A stretch of 35,323 bases of DNA from Candidatus Micrarchaeota archaeon. Its GTDB lineage: Archaea > B1Sed10-29 > JAJRYS01. Within the stretch, counting starts at the first letter, position 1; the number at the start of each line of letters is the position of its first letter. The translations under genes were made by a program, and so were the position numbers. The notes beneath the pieces were generated by a model. The model was not told where the DNA came from. It worked only from the letters and a program-made list of their open reading frames with translations, and ran no database searches. Where the stretch lies: NCBI GenBank assembly GCA_964643685.1, contig CAZXTN010000004.1, forward strand, positions 40,677 to 75,999, given 5' to 3'. Of this stretch, positions 15,647 through 25,326 are shown in pieces.

Positions 15647-17260
15647 ATGAGAATCCTTGATCATACAAAATCTCTTTGCCCAAGTTGCGTTGCTGAAAAA
15701 AAATTTGATAAAATGTTAGTAGATGCCATCATCTATGAAGACAAAGGCAAGGTTTGGATTAAAAAAACTTGCCCTGAACATGGTGAAACAATTGATGTTT
15801 ACTGGGAAGATTATGAAATGTATGAGAAGGCAAAGAAGTATGCTGACATGAAAGGAGTTGAGTTAGAAAACCCCCAGATTAAAAAACCAAAGGAACAAAT
15901 AAACTGCCCGCTTGATTGCGGTTTATGCTCTCTTCACAAATCCCATTCTGCCCTTGCTAATGTTGTCATGACTAACAGATGCGACTTATCCTGCTGGTAC
16001 TGCTTTTTTTACCAAAGGCAGAATCAGCCTGTTTACGAGCCTTCAATTGAGCAGATTAGGGAAATGTTTGAGAATCTTAAAAACCAAAAACCAATTCCGA
16101 ATAATGCAATACAATTGACAGGCGGAGAACCAACCATGAGAAAAGACCTGCCTGACATAATAAGAATGGCTAAACAAATGGGATTTGACCATGTTCAGGT
16201 AAACACTAACTGTATTAACATTTCAAGAAAAGAAAATCTTGCAAAAGAATTAGTTGAAGCAGGAGCCAATGTTTTTTACACCAGCTTTGATGGAATGACC
16301 CCTGAATCCAATCCTAAGAATTATTGGGAGTTTCCGAAAGCTCTTGAAAACTTCAGAAAAGCAAATGCAGGAATTGTGCTCGTGCCAACTGTCATAAGAG
16401 GAGTAAATGACGATCAATTGGGGGACATACTTAGGTTTGCAGCTGGAAATATTGATACTGTAAGAGGAGTTGTTTACCAACCTGTTTCTCTCGTTGGCAT
16501 GATGCCTTCATCTGAAAGAGAAAAACAAAGAATAACAATACCAGGGGTTGTTAAAAGAATAGAAGAGCAAACAGAAGGACAAGTTGGAAAGGAGGACTTT
16601 TACACTATTCCCTGCGCTTCTAAAATAACTGATTTTATTGAAACACTAAAAGGAGGAAAAAGATACAGGCTGTCCTCTCATTTTGCGTGTGGTTTAGGGA
16701 CTTACATTTTCAGAAAAGAAGATGGAGGTTTACTTCCAATAACAAGGTTCATTGATGTTGACGGCTTCTTTGAATACTTGGACAAAGCAAGGGAGGAAAT
16801 TCAATCAAATAAGAACAAGCTTCTTGTTCAAGCCAAGCTTCTTAAATCACTTGGAAAATTCGTAGATAAAGAAAAAAAGCCAAAGCAATTAAAAGTTACA
16901 AAAATGCTGCTAAGTGCGCTTACAGGAGGCAATTATGACTCTTTAAGAGAGTTTCATCACAACTCCTTGTTTGTTGGCATGATGCACTTCATGGATCCTT
17001 ACAACTATGACGTGGAAAGAGTCAAGAGATGCGTGATTCACTACGCGATGCCAGATGGAAGAATTGTTCCTTTCTGCGCTTTCAATGTCCTACCTGAATT
17101 ATACCGCGACAAAGTACAGAGAGAGTACAGCATTCCAGCAGAAGAATGGGAAAAATTGAATAAGAAAAAATTAATTGAAGACAAGTACCATAGAATAATC
17201 CCACAAGGAGAAGAAGCTGAAAAAATACACTCTTTCTACTCTAAATTTAAAAAAAATTAA
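15647..17260 (+). CDS. tes: Tetraether lipid synthase Tes / GDGT-MAS (MJ0619-family radical SAM)
   Basis: N-terminal CPSC...CPEHG, CPLDCGLC..H, radical-SAM CDLSCWYC, QLTGGEPT, SFDG, LVPTVIRGVND, HFACG and C-terminal MMHFMDPYNYDVERVKRCVIHY..PDGRIVPFC. Confidence 0.88.
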   Translation: MRILDHTKSLCPSCVAEKKFDKMLVDAIIYEDKGKVWIKKTCPEHGETIDVYWEDYEMYEKAKKYADMKGVELENPQIKKPKEQINCPLDCGLCSLHKSHSALANVVMTNRCDLSCWYCFFYQRQNQPVYEPSIEQIREMFENLKNQKPIPNNAIQLTGGEPTMRKDLPDIIRMAKQMGFDHVQVNTNCINISRKENLAKELVEAGANVFYTSFDGMTPESNPKNYWEFPKALENFRKANAGIVLVPTVIRGVNDDQLGDILRFAAGNIDTVRGVVYQPVSLVGMMPSSEREKQRITIPGVVKRIEEQTEGQVGKEDFYTIPCASKITDFIETLKGGKRYRLSSHFACGLGTYIFRKEDGGLLPITRFIDVDGFFEYLDKAREEIQSNKNKLLVQAKLLKSLGKFVDKEKKPKQLKVTKMLLSALTGGNYDSLREFHHNSLFVGMMHFMDPYNYDVERVKRCVIHYAMPDGRIVPFCAFNVLPELYRDKVQREYSIPAEEWEKLNKKKLIEDKYHRIIPQGEEAEKIHSFYSKFKKN

Positions 17261-17529
17261 ATTTCAGCTAACCTTACTTTCAAATTCTTTAACTTAAAAA
17301 TTTCCTCATTCCTCTTATCAGCACTTGCTTTATTCAAAGCATCAATGATTCTCTTGTTGAACAAAATCTGCTTTTTCAACTGTATTTTGGCAGTGTTCAA
17401 GTCAATAAAATCATTTTCAAGATTAAGCAAAGCATTCCCAAGCAATTTTCTCCTCTGAGGAGTCAATACAAACACTCCGTATTTTGAAAGAGCTTGCATT
17501 GCCTCATGCTCGCTGAATTCCCTCCACAT
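17257..17529 (-). CDS. Hypothetical protein, 90 aa
   Basis: Fills the gap between tes and thrS. Helical, soluble-looking sequence with no recognised family. Confidence 0.55.
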   Translation of the reverse strand: MWREFSEHEAMQALSKYGVFVLTPQRRKLLGNALLNLENDFIDLNTAKIQLKKQILFNKRIIDALNKASADKRNEEIFKLKNLKVRLAEI

Positions 17530-17584
17530 ACTCTTTTATTAAGAACTTCAAAGAATAAATTAATTTAGCAAGAGGTAATACCCA

Positions 17585-19279
17585 ATGAGATTCTTAAGCG
17601 TGCACTCTGACTTCCTTGAATTCGAGCCGAAAAAAAAGGCATTCAAAGGAGCAGAGGAAGTAACAGAGAAAGAAAAAAAGAGAGTAGAAGAATGTCTTGT
17701 TGTTTTCACAAGCGTTGAAAAAGGAGACGACGAGTCAATAATTCCAAAATACTTAGACGAAATTGAAAAAATAGCAAGCCAAGTAAATACCAAAAAAATA
17801 ATCCTTTATCCATGGGTTCACTTGTCTTCAAACCCAAGCAAGCCAGAGGCAGCTCTTGAAATTCTTAAAAAAGCAGAAGAAGAATTGAAGAAAAAAGCAT
17901 ACGAAGTAACAAGAGCTCCATTTGGATGGTACAAGGCATTCACTGTTTCATGCAAAGGACATCCTTTATCTGAACTAAGCAGGCAAATTTCAACTGAAAA
18001 AAAACAAGAAGCAGTTGAGTCATACGACCCTGAAAAGCTTTTGAAAACAATTTCAAAAGCAACTCTCAGCAAGGAAAAACTCAAGCCAAACGATCATAGG
18101 ATAATTGGGCAGAACCTTGACTTGTTCAGCTTCTACAACGTAGCTCCTGGAATGGTATTCTGGCACCCGAAAGGGCTTGTAATAAGAAACAAGTTAATTG
18201 AATTTTGGAGAAAAAAGCATGTTGAAGCAGGATACCAGGAAATACTCACCCCCCAAGTAATGAGCGACATTCTATGGAAAACCTCTGGACACTGGGAGCA
18301 TTACAAGGATAACATTTTCACTACAAAATATGAGGATAGAAACTTTGCAGTGAAGCCAATGAATTGTCCGGGAGGAATACTTGTCTATAAAAGCAGAAGC
18401 AGAAGCTACAAAGAGCTTCCACTTAGGATGTCTGAACTGGGGGTAGTTCATAGGGTTGAATTGTCAGGTGTTTTATCCGGATTATTCAGGGTAATCCAAT
18501 TCACTCAAGACGACGCTCACATTTACTGCACTGAAGAGCAGTTGCAAGATGAAATACGAAAAGTGATTAATTTAGTTGAAGAAATTTATGCAGTATTCGG
18601 CTTTGACTACACAATGGAATTGTCAACAAAGCCTAAAAAAGCAATGGGTAGCGACGAGATTTGGGACAAGGCAGAAAACGCTTTGAAAAGAGCTCTTGAA
18701 AAAACAGGCAAGCAATATAAGATAAATGAAGGAGACGGCGCTTTTTACGGGCCGAAAATCGACTTTCATATCAAGGATTCTCTTGGACGAGAATGGCAGT
18801 TAGCTACTATTCAGCTTGACTTCCAAATGCCACAAAGATTCAAGCTAGAGTACATTGGAAAAGATGGCGAAAAGCATGTTCCAATAATGCTTCACAGGAC
18901 AATACTTGGTTCTCTTGAAAGGTTCATTGGAATCTTGCTAGAGCACACTAATGGCAACTTGCCTTTCTGGCTTGCGCCTGTTCAAGTGAAAGTGATTTCA
19001 TTCAACGAGTCAAACAAGGAATCAGTTGAAAGGTTCACTAAGCAAATGCTTGCAGAAGGCTACAGAGCTGAAACTGACACTGAGCCAGGCACAGTGCAAT
19101 CGAGAATAAGGGAAGCTGAGCTTCAGAAAGTGCCTTACATTGTAGTGATTGGAAGCAAGGAAGAAGAAAAAGGAACAATTGCAGTAAGAGAACATGGCAG
19201 TAAAAAAATAAGGTATGATGTTAAGCCAAGTGATTTTTTCAAGGAACTTGCTGAGAAAAACAACCCAGCAAAACAATGA
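17585..19279 (+). CDS. thrS: Threonine--tRNA ligase (archaeal editing domain fused to a bacterial-type catalytic core)
   Basis: N-terminal LYPWVHLSS...RAPFGWYKAF..CKGHPLSELSR, then DHRIIG, KPMNCPG, FTQDDAH, GAFYGPKID, HRTILGSLERF and an anticodon-binding domain. Confidence 0.95.
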   Translation: MRFLSVHSDFLEFEPKKKAFKGAEEVTEKEKKRVEECLVVFTSVEKGDDESIIPKYLDEIEKIASQVNTKKIILYPWVHLSSNPSKPEAALEILKKAEEELKKKAYEVTRAPFGWYKAFTVSCKGHPLSELSRQISTEKKQEAVESYDPEKLLKTISKATLSKEKLKPNDHRIIGQNLDLFSFYNVAPGMVFWHPKGLVIRNKLIEFWRKKHVEAGYQEILTPQVMSDILWKTSGHWEHYKDNIFTTKYEDRNFAVKPMNCPGGILVYKSRSRSYKELPLRMSELGVVHRVELSGVLSGLFRVIQFTQDDAHIYCTEEQLQDEIRKVINLVEEIYAVFGFDYTMELSTKPKKAMGSDEIWDKAENALKRALEKTGKQYKINEGDGAFYGPKIDFHIKDSLGREWQLATIQLDFQMPQRFKLEYIGKDGEKHVPIMLHRTILGSLERFIGILLEHTNGNLPFWLAPVQVKVISFNESNKESVERFTKQMLAEGYRAETDTEPGTVQSRIREAELQKVPYIVVIGSKEEEKGTIAVREHGSKKIRYDVKPSDFFKELAEKNNPAKQ

Positions 19280-19317
19280 GAAACTTATTTAAACTAATCT
19301 TGCTTTTTCTTTTTTTA

Positions 19318-20904
19318 ATGAGTTACTTAGATGAATTGATTGAAAGCTCTAAGAAAAAAAAAGAGGGGTTAATTGACAAAATACAGGAGAAATACTCTGA
19401 ACAAGAAAGCAAAAAAGAAGAATTTTTAAGAAAAAGAGAAGCAGGAGAACTTGAAATCAAAGGAAAAAAAGAGCTTGTCACTTCTTATGGCGAAGTTAAA
19501 GTTTACAAAGTCAAAGGAGAACAGTTATTGTATTACTCTGTTCCTGTTATCAAAGCAAAAGGCCCTGAAAAAATAATAATAAACACTATAAAAGAAGCAG
19601 CAACAAGGCTTATTACAATTTCACCTGAAGAAATACGTGAACCAGTTAAGAGAAGAAACTTTTACTTCAAGAAAGTAAAGGAGATAATTGAAAAAAGCCC
19701 TGAACTCGGGGTCCCTAAGTCAAAAATCAATTTTTACGCTGACATGGTTGTCAGGGAAATGATAGGATACGGCATATTAGACATACTGACTCAAGATGAC
19801 AAGCTTGAAGAAATAATGGTAATAGGGCCTAATAAGCCTGTTTACGTCTTTCACAGGCAGTATGATATGATGAAAACCAACATCATGTTCGGCAATGACG
19901 AAGAAATAAGAAACGTGATTGACAAAATAGCAAGGCAAGTAAGCAGGAGGGTAGACACTCAGTCTCCTTTGCTTGATGCTCGTTTGCCTGACGGTTCAAG
20001 AGTCAACGCAACTATAAAGCCAATTTCACTTGGAGGAAGCACTATCACAATACGTAAATTCAGAACAGATCCTTTTTCTGTTGTTGACTTGGTTTCGAAA
20101 GGGACAATTGACTCTGAAACAGCTGCATTCTTGTGGCTTGCTGTTGATGGTTTAGGAGCAAAACCAGCTAACATTCTAGTGTCAGGTGGAACTGGAAGCG
20201 GAAAAACAACAACACTCAACGTGCTTGCTTCATTTATTCCCGAAAGAGAAAGGATAATTACAATTGAGGATACAGCTGAACTTAACTTGCCTATTGAACA
20301 TTGGATAAGGTTTGAAACCCGTCCACCTGGCTTGGAAGGCACAGGAGAAGTTACAATGGACATTCTTGTAAAAAATTCTCTTAGAATGCGTCCTGACAGG
20401 ATTGTTGTAGGTGAAATCAGGCACGCTGAAGCCTTTACTTTGTTCACTGCAATGAACACTGGACATGACGGTTCTCTTGGAACAGTTCACGCTAACTCAG
20501 CAAAAGAAACAGTAGTAAGGCTCCTTAACCCTCCTATGAACGTGCCTCCTTTAATGGTTGATGCTTTGAATTTAATTGTAGTGCAGGCAAGAATTCATGA
20601 TAGAAGAAAAGGCACAATCAGGAGAGTAACGGAAATAGCGGAAGTCACTGGAGTGGTTGACGACAAGCCAGAAGTGCAGTTGTTGTTTGAATGGGATCCT
20701 GTTGTGGACAAGCTGAAACCAACAGGCGTTCCTTCAAAATATGAAAATCTTCTTTTAAGATACACTGGCTTGTCAAAATCAGATTTTAATGAAGAGATTA
20801 AGAAAAGGAAGAAGCTTATTGAAGAACTTGTTTCAAAAAACATAAGGGAAATGCCTAAAGTTGTTGAAGCATTTAAAAAATACAGGGCTGAGAATAATGG
20901 GTAA
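19318..20904 (+). CDS. Type IV/Tad pilus assembly ATPase (CpaF/TadA family)
   Basis: GGTGSGKTT, TIEDTAEL, RMRPDRIVVGEIR and MNTGHDGSLGTVHANS. Start moved from 19276 to ATG 19318 because TTATTTAA at 19285-19292 is at TATA distance from it. Confidence 0.93.
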   Translation: MSYLDELIESSKKKKEGLIDKIQEKYSEQESKKEEFLRKREAGELEIKGKKELVTSYGEVKVYKVKGEQLLYYSVPVIKAKGPEKIIINTIKEAATRLITISPEEIREPVKRRNFYFKKVKEIIEKSPELGVPKSKINFYADMVVREMIGYGILDILTQDDKLEEIMVIGPNKPVYVFHRQYDMMKTNIMFGNDEEIRNVIDKIARQVSRRVDTQSPLLDARLPDGSRVNATIKPISLGGSTITIRKFRTDPFSVVDLVSKGTIDSETAAFLWLAVDGLGAKPANILVSGGTGSGKTTTLNVLASFIPERERIITIEDTAELNLPIEHWIRFETRPPGLEGTGEVTMDILVKNSLRMRPDRIVVGEIRHAEAFTLFTAMNTGHDGSLGTVHANSAKETVVRLLNPPMNVPPLMVDALNLIVVQARIHDRRKGTIRRVTEIAEVTGVVDDKPEVQLLFEWDPVVDKLKPTGVPSKYENLLLRYTGLSKSDFNEEIKKRKKLIEELVSKNIREMPKVVEAFKKYRAENNG

Positions 20905-22066
20905 TTTTAACAAGCTTAAAAACATGCTGAAAAAGCAGGAGAAAAAATCAACCAAAGCTTCTGCTGGTTCTGAACAGAAAAAAATTCTTGAAGAATCAGT
21001 GCAGGAGGATTATGACAGGGAAACAATTTCAAAAATAGTCAACAGGATGAAGCAAAAGTACATTCAAGAAGGAGTTCTTAAAGAAGAGGACGAGACAGAC
21101 TCTGAATTAAGAAAAATTATCTCAGGACATAAAGAACTTCAATTAAAAGGAGGTTCTGTCTCTGAACTTCAATTATATGACAATGCCTTTGTAAGAATGT
21201 TTGGAAAATTCTACCTTCTCCTGCAGTCTCCTCTTTCTAAAATAAGCGACTTATTCTATGAAAAAATGGGCAAGAAACTTGAAGATGACTTGCTTGCATC
21301 AGGCATGCCTTACTCGGTCGAGCAATACTTGTCTTTATCCTTATCTGCCACTGTTTTTTTGTCAGCAATTTCCCTGTTCCTACTTATCATCTTTGCTTTA
21401 GCTGGAAAAATAAGCCTGCTGACAGTTGTTTTAACAGGAATTTTTGTACCTGTTTTTATCTTAGCAATTGCTTTTTTAATCCCTAACAGCAAAGCCAAAA
21501 AAATAGCCCAGCAGATAGACAAAGAACTTCCATTTGCATTGAGGCACATGAGCATTGAAATAAGAGCAGGAGTTGGAATTTACAAGACAATGGAGTCAAT
21601 TGCTTCCTCTGGTTACGGTCCTTTAAGCGACGGCTTCAGATGGGTGCTTCATCAAGTTGAAAAAGGAGTGCCAACAGAAGAGGCTCTTGCAGCATGGGCT
21701 AACAGGACAAAATCAGAGTCATTAAGCAGAGTAACTTCACACATCATAAGAGCACTTAGAACAGGAGGCAACTTATCTGAAATAATGGTTACAATAGCAG
21801 AAGATGTTTCATTTGAAAGAAAAATGAAAATAGCTGACTTCGCTGAAAAACTAAACCTCCTTGCATTATTCTTAATGTTTGCAACAGTCATCGGGCCAGT
21901 TATGCTAACTATCCTCACTACAATTGCTTCAAGCCCAACAATAAGCCAGTACTTAGGCATGTTTTCATTTTTCACAATTGAATTCCTAATGCTGACTTAC
22001 TTCCTGCTTGTTCCAGCAGCAGTGGGCTTGTTCCTTTACTTTATTAAAAGCTCTGATCCAGGGTAA
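20897..22066 (+). CDS. Type II secretion system F / TadB-TadC-like pilus platform protein
   Basis: IDKELPFALRHMSIEIRAG, YGPLS, ALRTGGNLSEIM and several TMs. ATG 20897 overlaps the ATPase stop. Confidence 0.9.
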   Translation: MGNFNKLKNMLKKQEKKSTKASAGSEQKKILEESVQEDYDRETISKIVNRMKQKYIQEGVLKEEDETDSELRKIISGHKELQLKGGSVSELQLYDNAFVRMFGKFYLLLQSPLSKISDLFYEKMGKKLEDDLLASGMPYSVEQYLSLSLSATVFLSAISLFLLIIFALAGKISLLTVVLTGIFVPVFILAIAFLIPNSKAKKIAQQIDKELPFALRHMSIEIRAGVGIYKTMESIASSGYGPLSDGFRWVLHQVEKGVPTEEALAAWANRTKSESLSRVTSHIIRALRTGGNLSEIMVTIAEDVSFERKMKIADFAEKLNLLALFLMFATVIGPVMLTILTTIASSPTISQYLGMFSFFTIEFLMLTYFLLVPAAVGLFLYFIKSSDPG

Positions 22067-22084
22067 AAAAAGGTTTGATTTAAA

Positions 22085-22969
22085 ATGAGTAAAAGTTTGT
22101 ATCAAAAATACGCGGATGCAGTTGAATTTTCAGGAATGAAAATAAAACCTCAATTCCTGTTAGTTTTAACTTTAATAGGCGTGTTTGCTTCAATCCTAAT
22201 CTCTTTCTTCATCCCCTTCATTGATTTTACAGTGTCAATACTTGCAATTCTTTTAATAATTGACATCGGCTTAGGGCTGCCTTTTTACTTGAAAGACAAA
22301 AAAATAGCTGAAATAGAATCAAAACTGCCAGACGTTCTCCGCCACATTGCAATCACAATCAAGACAGGAGGAACAATTGAAACAGCTTTAAAAGAAGCAT
22401 CAAGAGTAGACTACGGACCAATCACACCAGGATTGAAAAAAATGCTACTGCAGATAAACGAAGGCAAAACATTTGAAGAAGCATTCACAAACTTCGCATT
22501 AGAATCACACTCCAACTTGCTTGAAAAAGCGGCAATAATAATAGTAGCAGCTAGAAAAGCAGGAGGAGGGCTTCTTGAAACCCTTACTTCAATGGCAGAG
22601 GATTTCAGAGCATTATACAGGCTGCAGAGAGAAAGGCAAAGCAAAACATTCCTTCAATTCCTATTCATACTCGTTGCAGGCGTTTTCATAGCTCCATTTG
22701 TATTTGGAATCGTCAAGTCAGTTCTTCAAATACTCGTGCAAGTAGGAGGAGAACCAACAGCATCAACAGATGCTCTTGTATCGAAATTCAACACTTTGTT
22801 CAAAGTTTACTTAATCCTGCAAGCAGCTTTGTCTTCAATCGGAGCTTTCCAAGTAAGAGAAGGAAAAATATCCAAAGCAATTACATTCATTCCAATAGCA
22901 GCAATAATTTCTTATGCCATTTACATTGTTGTTTCAACTCAATTCATAGCTCTTCTAAGCGCAGGTTAA
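22085..22969 (+). CDS. Second T2SSF / TadC-like pilus platform protein
   Basis: IESKLPDVLRHIA...GGTIE.AL...DYGPI, KAGGGLLETL and TM helices. Confidence 0.9.
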   Translation: MSKSLYQKYADAVEFSGMKIKPQFLLVLTLIGVFASILISFFIPFIDFTVSILAILLIIDIGLGLPFYLKDKKIAEIESKLPDVLRHIAITIKTGGTIETALKEASRVDYGPITPGLKKMLLQINEGKTFEEAFTNFALESHSNLLEKAAIIIVAARKAGGGLLETLTSMAEDFRALYRLQRERQSKTFLQFLFILVAGVFIAPFVFGIVKSVLQILVQVGGEPTASTDALVSKFNTLFKVYLILQAALSSIGAFQVREGKISKAITFIPIAAIISYAIYIVVSTQFIALLSAG

Positions 22970-23077
22970 AGGTTTTTAAATCAAAAAAGATTAGTTTAAA
23001 CTTAAATTAAAAACAACAATCAACAAAAGTTGATTATAATTAAAAAAAATGAAAAGTAAATTTCGGAGGTACGTACC

Positions 23078-23416
23078 ATGAGAAAAGAAAAAGGACAAGG
23101 TTCCCTGGAATACTTGATTATTATAGCAGCAGTGCTAGCAATCGCAGCTATAGTAGTGTTATTCCTAACAGGAGCCTTTAAACAAACAGGAAAAGATGTT
23201 GCAGCATGTAAACAAGCAGCAGGAAGCTGTGCATCAAGCTTAGTAGGAGCACCAGATGGAACACAATGTGGAGAGACAGTATGTGCTGACTGTATTGGAA
23301 TAAATGCAACTGTTTCAACAGCAGGAACATGTGCGACAGCATGTAATGGCTCTGAATGTGATAATGTAACAGAAGCATGTAGATATGGAGCACCACAATG
23401 TATTATTACAGGATAA
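23078..23416 (+). CDS. Probable major pilin (class III signal peptide, Cys-rich)
   Basis: KG|QGSLEYLIIIAAVLAIAAIVV, RBS GGAGG, its own downstream terminator, and 10 Cys in the ~70-aa C-terminal domain. Confidence 0.85.
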   Translation: MRKEKGQGSLEYLIIIAAVLAIAAIVVLFLTGAFKQTGKDVAACKQAAGSCASSLVGAPDGTQCGETVCADCIGINATVSTAGTCATACNGSECDNVTEACRYGAPQCIITG

Positions 23417-23425
23417 AACCAACTC

Positions 23426-23452
23426 AACAGCTTCAGAACGAAGCTGTTTTTT
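23426..23452 (+). terminator. Intrinsic-type terminator after the pilin gene
   Basis: AACAGCTTC-AGAAC-GAAGCTGTT stem followed by T runs. Confidence 0.7.
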
Positions 23453-23513
23453 AATTCTTTTTTTTCAAAAAGCAATTTGCTTTAAATAATTCTATTTCTT
23501 TAAAACAAAAACA

Positions 23514-24497
23514 ATGATTGACTTTCAAAACATTTACTTCGCAACAGCCCTAGCAGGTTTTCTCGCAGCTTCATACACAGACATAAAAACACATGAAATA
23601 AATCCAATCATACCAAAACTGTTAATAGCACTCGGCTTAATCCTACATTCAACAGAAGCATACTTAACACAATCCCTCTCCCCCCTTACCCTGTCTGTTG
23701 GGACAATGATGCTCGCTTTCGCATTCTCCTACTTCCTTTACTTAATAGGGGGCTGGGCAGGAGGAGACGTAAAAATATTCACTGCGCTTGGAGCAATACT
23801 TCCAGCATACGGCAAATTCAACTTCTTCCCATTCTACGCTTTAGCAGCTTCTTTACTTGCAATCTTCCCCTTCATTCTTTTATACGTCTCTTATCACCTG
23901 CTTTTTGTAAAGGGCATTTACAAGAAATCAAAAAAAATAATCATAAAAGCAATCAAGCAAAGCATAGCAACCCCTTTCATCCTCCTTGCAGGGTATGTTA
24001 TTGCCTCTTCCATAGGCTACCCACTCCTCTCATTTCTAACAATCCCCTTGCTTTACTTCCTTAAAAAACCAGGATTAATTCTGTCACTAGCACTGACAAT
24101 TTACTCCTTCAATGCAAACTTCTACTCTTCCTTAATTCAATTCTCATTATTCTTCTGGATGTCTTTTTTGACAATTGTTTTCTTCTCTTTCTTTGAAATA
24201 GCTAAAAAGCACATATTAAGGGAAACAAAAAAAATAAGCGAGTTGAAAGAAGGAGACATTCTTGCAAAAAACTTAGTGAAGCAAAAAAACAGGCACGTGT
24301 TTAAAGAAAATTCAATTTTCAAAAATCAAGAAAACGTAGTAATATTTGCAGGCGCTTCTGGGCTTGAAAAAAAAGACATTGCTTTTTTGAAAAAATTAGG
24401 GTTTAAAAAAATTGAATTGAAAAAATCAATTCCCTTTGTTCCAATTTTTACACTCGGCTTAATTATTTTATGGCTTATCCAAACTCTTTTATACTAA
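23514..24497 (+). CDS. Prepilin peptidase, A24 family (EppA-like, extra TMs)
   Basis: Catalytic Asp motifs SYTDIK and GGWAGGDVK, many TMs, and C-terminal ELKEGDIL...IPFVPIF. Confidence 0.9.
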   Translation: MIDFQNIYFATALAGFLAASYTDIKTHEINPIIPKLLIALGLILHSTEAYLTQSLSPLTLSVGTMMLAFAFSYFLYLIGGWAGGDVKIFTALGAILPAYGKFNFFPFYALAASLLAIFPFILLYVSYHLLFVKGIYKKSKKIIIKAIKQSIATPFILLAGYVIASSIGYPLLSFLTIPLLYFLKKPGLILSLALTIYSFNANFYSSLIQFSLFFWMSFLTIVFFSFFEIAKKHILRETKKISELKEGDILAKNLVKQKNRHVFKENSIFKNQENVVIFAGASGLEKKDIAFLKKLGFKKIELKKSIPFVPIFTLGLIILWLIQTLLY

Positions 24498-24516
24498 TTT
24501 TCAGTAATTAATTTCA

Positions 24517-24690
24517 ATGAAAAAAATAGGCAACAGGGCGCAAGTAAGCGTGGAGTATCTCATCTTATTAGCATTAGGCGCAGTTGTTTCAGTTGTAATA
24601 ACAATGCTTGCTTTCAACATAATGGGAATGAAAGATAACATCAAGCAGCTGATAATTGAGTACAGGAAAAGCGCACTTGGCTTGAAGTGA
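24517..24690 (+). CDS. Small pilin, 57 aa (class III signal peptide), not in the ORF track
   Basis: Hand translation MKKIGNRA|QVSVEYLILLALGAVVSVVITMLAFNIMGMKDNIKQLIIEYRKSALGLK. Confidence 0.85.
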   Translation: MKKIGNRAQVSVEYLILLALGAVVSVVITMLAFNIMGMKDNIKQLIIEYRKSALGLK

Positions 24691-24697
24691 TTCTAAA

Positions 24698-24877
24698 ATG
24701 AAAAATTTGAAATTAAATAACAAAGCACAGGTGTCCATGGAGTACCTAATCATCCTAGCAATCTTATCTGTATTGACAGTAGTTGCAACTGCTCTTGCTT
24801 TCAACGTCATGAAAATGAAAGATTCAACAAAACTTAAAAACGAGCTGTACAAAAAAGCTTTGCTTAAAATGAATTAA
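24698..24877 (+). CDS. Small pilin, 59 aa (class III signal peptide), not in the ORF track
   Basis: Hand translation MKNLKLNNKA|QVSMEYLIILAILSVLTVVATALAFNVMKMKDSTKLKNELYKKALLKMN. Confidence 0.85.
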   Translation: MKNLKLNNKAQVSMEYLIILAILSVLTVVATALAFNVMKMKDSTKLKNELYKKALLKMN

Positions 24878-24897
24878 AAGGAAGTGAAACTTGAAAA

Positions 24898-25326
24898 ATG
24901 CTGGAAAAAAAAGAAAAAGCGCAAATTACAATAGAATACCTCATCATCCTCTCAGTGATGATTCTATTGTTTTCAGCTGTTTCAATGGATTTGATTTCAT
25001 CTTCTTTGACAAACACAATGCAAATTCAAACAAGCGAGTTGATAAGACAAGCAAACTCTTCCTTTCAGCACGCCATCACAGAACTTTCAACCCAGGCAAG
25101 CGGTTCATCTGAAACAATAAAACTAAGAAGCTCAGCTGACTGCGATTTTATTGTCATGCCTTCTTACTTGCTTGTAAACTGCTCGCCTTCATCAGCTTCT
25201 TTTAATGAATTCAACAATACTAAAATAGCAGAAGCACCGTCAGGAATTTCATACAACTGCTTGACTTGCACAGGGGGAGTCGTTACAAATGAAGAAAGGC
25301 AAATCATTCAAATTTCAAAGCAGTGA
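24898..25326 (+). CDS. Minor pilin (class III signal peptide)
   Basis: KA|QITIEYLIILSVMILLF. Confidence 0.85.
   Translation: MLEKKEKAQITIEYLIILSVMILLFSAVSMDLISSSLTNTMQIQTSELIRQANSSFQHAITELSTQASGSSETIKLRSSADCDFIVMPSYLLVNCSPSSASFNEFNNTKIAEAPSGISYNCLTCTGGVVTNEERQIIQISKQ

Noticed and set aside
19276-19317. Track start giving the ATPase a hydrophobic leader (MRNLFKLILLFLFL)
   Set aside because: This ATPase family is cytoplasmic. The segment is more simply a TATA box plus T-rich spacer before ATG 19318.
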